A stretch of 64,000 nt of DNA. It comes from Actinomycetes bacterium (lineage in GTDB: Bacteria; Actinomycetota; Actinomycetes; JAWWOW01). The translations under genes were made by a program, and so were the position numbers. The notes under the pieces were generated by a model. The model saw only the letters and a program-made list of their open reading frames with translations, was not told the origin of the DNA and made no database searches. The stretch spans positions 90,612 to 154,611 of the forward strand of contig JBJMHR010000021.1 in assembly GCA_045807285.1 (NCBI GenBank). Reading direction: 5' to 3'. The stretch's first letter is position 1; each line of letters begins with the position of its first letter. Of the stretch, positions 62,056-64,000 are shown piece after piece.

Positions 62056-63702
62056 TTACCCGGGTGAGTTCGACGGTGGGCTGCCGGCGCGACAGCGCAC
62101 TGCGGCGTACGCGCCGAAGCCGGTAACCAGCGTGAAGACCGCGAGCAACGCCCAGTAGGTGACGGCCGCCGAAGCACCCAGACCGGCGTAGGGCGATGCG
62201 GACGTGGTGAGCGCGGAGACATGCAGGTGCCGTGCGATCGCCTCGAAGGCCCACCGGTCCGACATCACGGCGGAGATGGCTCGGCCGGCGCCCGCCATGA
62301 CCGGGATCGGAACCATCGCGCCCGAGAAGAGGACGGCCGGGAAGCACAGCATGGGAAGCGCGAGTGCGGCCTGGGCCGTGGAGGTGACCGCCGCCGAGGC
62401 GAGCAAACCGAGACACAGCGCGGCCACAGCGTTGACGCCCATCGTGAGGTTCAGTCCGAGGAACGCGCCCGCCGACAGCTCGGGGATCCGGTCGAGCGCT
62501 CGCAGTACGCCGATCATCGTGACGTTGACGAGAAGCAGGATCGGAGTGAGCAGCGCCACTTTCGACCCGAGGTAGGCCCCTATGCGCATGCCGGCGTACC
62601 GCTCCCGACGCAGCACGGACACTTCGGTGGTCACTTGGAGCAGTCCGAAGGTCAGGCCGAAGAAGAAGCCGGAGAAAGACAGCCAGTAGGCAACTTGGAT
62701 CGCTCCTGTCGGGTCGGCACCGGCGTCGAAGGCGCCGGGCCGGAACAAGACCGCGAACATTCCGATAACAGCCGCCGGTGACCCCAACAGGATCGCGAGC
62801 GTCAGTCGGTTCCGGGTCAGGATCTCCCCGGCGCGTCGGGTGAGCGTCCACCATTGCCGCAAAGCACTGGGCCGATCGGCAACGCGACGACGCCGCGGCG
62901 TCGACGGCGGACGAACGGCAGACTGCGTGATGTCAGAGCGGGATACGACGGGCTCGACCTCGGCCAGCCATTGGAACAGCGCCATGAACGTGCGCTGCCC
63001 GAGTTGGTCGAGCACTTCGCCGGGCGACCCGACGGCGACGACCCGGCCCCCTGGCGCGACAACGATGGCGCGGTCACTTCGCTCGATGTCAATCATGTTG
63101 TGTGTTGTGAAAACGACGGTGCTCCCTGCGGCACTCATCCGGTGCAGGTAGTCGATGAGGTCCGCGGCGACGGCAGGGTCGAGCCCGCTCGTCGGTTCGT
63201 CGAGAAAGCAGACCTCGGGACGGGCGAGGATCTCGACGGCAATGTTCGCCCGCTTACGCTGCCCGCCGCTCAGCGAATGCACCGGGACACCACCGTGCGC
63301 GGTGAGTCCAAGAATGTGCATCGCGTCGTCGACCGCCGCGTCGATCATCGCGGGCGGTGCCGCCATACGCAGGCTGGCTGCGTATCGGAGCGTACGACGC
63401 AGCGGCAGCTCGCCATGAAGGATGTCATCTTGCGGGACGAACGCGACACCGATGGGACTGATCGCGCCGTCGATGTCGAAGGTGACCGTCCCGTGTTGCG
63501 CCGGCGCGATACCGGCGAGGGCAGCGAGCAGTGTCGTCTTGCCGGCACCGCTGGGCCCGATGACCGCAGTCAGCTGCCCGGGCGCGATCTGCAGCGAGAT
63601 GTTGTCGAGGGCAACGCCCCCGCCACGATGGCGCGTCGTGAGGCCGCTCGCAGTGATCCGGGCGCCCTGTCCGCTCGGCGCCACGGTTTCCAGTGTGGTC
63701 AC
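62056..63702 (-). CDS. ABC transporter fused ATP-binding/permease protein (ABC-2 type)
   Basis: N-terminal NBD with GPSGAGKTTL, LSGGQRKR and FLDEPTSGLD. C-terminal 6-TM ABC-2 permease. Confidence 0.85.
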   Translation of the reverse strand: MTTLETVAPSGQGARITASGLTTRHRGGGVALDNISLQIAPGQLTAVIGPSGAGKTTLLAALAGIAPAQHGTVTFDIDGAISPIGVAFVPQDDILHGELPLRRTLRYAASLRMAAPPAMIDAAVDDAMHILGLTAHGGVPVHSLSGGQRKRANIAVEILARPEVCFLDEPTSGLDPAVAADLIDYLHRMSAAGSTVVFTTHNMIDIERSDRAIVVAPGGRVVAVGSPGEVLDQLGQRTFMALFQWLAEVEPVVSRSDITQSAVRPPSTPRRRRVADRPSALRQWWTLTRRAGEILTRNRLTLAILLGSPAAVIGMFAVLFRPGAFDAGADPTGAIQVAYWLSFSGFFFGLTFGLLQVTTEVSVLRRERYAGMRIGAYLGSKVALLTPILLLVNVTMIGVLRALDRIPELSAGAFLGLNLTMGVNAVAALCLGLLASAAVTSTAQAALALPMLCFPAVLFSGAMVPIPVMAGAGRAISAVMSDRWAFEAIARHLHVSALTTSASPYAGLGASAAVTYWALLAVFTLVTGFGAYAAVRCRAGSPPSNSPG

Positions 63703-64000
63703 TTCGTGCCTCCCAAGGTCAGCACTGTCTCGAGGTAGGTGGACTGGATGGCGACGTCACCTGTTCGGTGCGTGTCGTGAGCTCGGGCGAGGTCGGCGAG
63801 GTCGGCGGCGAGCTTGCGCTGGTCGGCCGGGCCGAGGGCGTCGAAAGCCTTCAACGTCGGCCCGTACCAGCGGCGGAAGAACGCGACGAACGCCTCCGCC
63901 GACTCGTACCGGAACGTGCACACGCGCTCGGTCGAGTTGGCCTTAGCGACATGAGAGCCGAACAGCGTCGCCAGATGGTCGGTGCTTCCCCACAGCAGCG
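63699..64000 (-). CDS. Class I SAM-dependent methyltransferase-like protein, C-terminal fragment (5' end beyond window)
   Basis: The frame is open to the window edge. The FRYESAEAFVAFFRRWYGPTLKAF pattern resembles the C-terminus of small-molecule SAM methyltransferases. ATGA overlap with the ABC gene start. Confidence 0.4.
   Translation of the reverse strand, partial: LLWGSTDHLATLFGSHVAKANSTERVCTFRYESAEAFVAFFRRWYGPTLKAFDALGPADQRKLAADLADLARAHDTHRTGDVAIQSTYLETVLTLGGTK

Noticed and set aside
61511-62854. 447-aa minus-strand ORF
   Set aside because: Alternative frame overlapping the NlpC/P60 and ABC genes. Arg/Gly-rich.
1-64000. Search for tRNA, rRNA, CRISPR repeats, transposase/integrase, and phage genes
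   Set aside because: No cloverleaf-like or rRNA-like segments were seen. No spaced direct-repeat array was seen. No DDE/Tyr-recombinase motifs appear in any ORF. The island shows no obvious mobile-element boundaries in this window.

Overview
This is a high-GC (~70%) actinobacterial chromosomal segment with about 65 protein-coding genes. I found no rRNA, tRNA, CRISPR array, transposase or integrase.

The left flank (1-14 kb) and right flank (46-64 kb) hold ordinary housekeeping and accessory genes. On the left: the 3' end of an LPXTG adhesin, an RNB ribonuclease, a class-V PLP enzyme, a TetR regulator, a DUF4389 protein, an ECF41 sigma factor, an MFS pump, GNAT acetyltransferases, a Tyr-phosphatase and a STAS-domain protein. 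On the right: a CAP-domain protein, an SDR, YceI, MarR, PepSY, an NTF2-like protein, a GGDEF-EAL protein, pirin, isochorismatase, an LLM oxidoreductase, an amidase, an OmpR/HK two-component pair, DUF1996, a cupin, a mini-DivIVA, an NlpC/P60 lipoprotein, an ABC ATPase-permease and a partial methyltransferase.

The centre (~14.3-46.3 kb) is a ~32 kb cell-surface glycan island. It is built as two divergent, translationally coupled operons that meet at 30.94-31.05 kb, plus an upstream cassette.
- Export and assembly: a Wzm/Wzt ABC exporter, a Wzc-like BY-kinase homolog, a UDP-sugar epimerase, a WbaP-like initiating sugar transferase and a Wzy/O-antigen-ligase-like membrane protein.
- Glycosyltransferases: three GT4 and one GT2.
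- Five paralogous PAPS-type sulfotransferases (16194, 18083, 28030, 40108, 45395).
- An LPXTG sortase substrate sandwiched between two of the sulfotransferases.
- A PqqD-like / HprK-like pair and an NTP_transf_5 + kinase-like fusion protein, which together resemble an HPr-rel-A-type peptide-modification module.
- Large secreted Ig-like/LamG and tandem Cys-rich proteins, two lipoproteins of unknown function, and local regulators: an atypical LuxR pseudo-receiver with a soluble HK-like partner, an RsbW-like kinase, a coupled sigma-like pair and a LuxR response regulator.

I interpret this island as a candidate previously undescribed system for a sulfated surface glycan or sulfated sortase-anchored glycoprotein. 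All functional calls rest on motif recognition by eye; no database searches were run.
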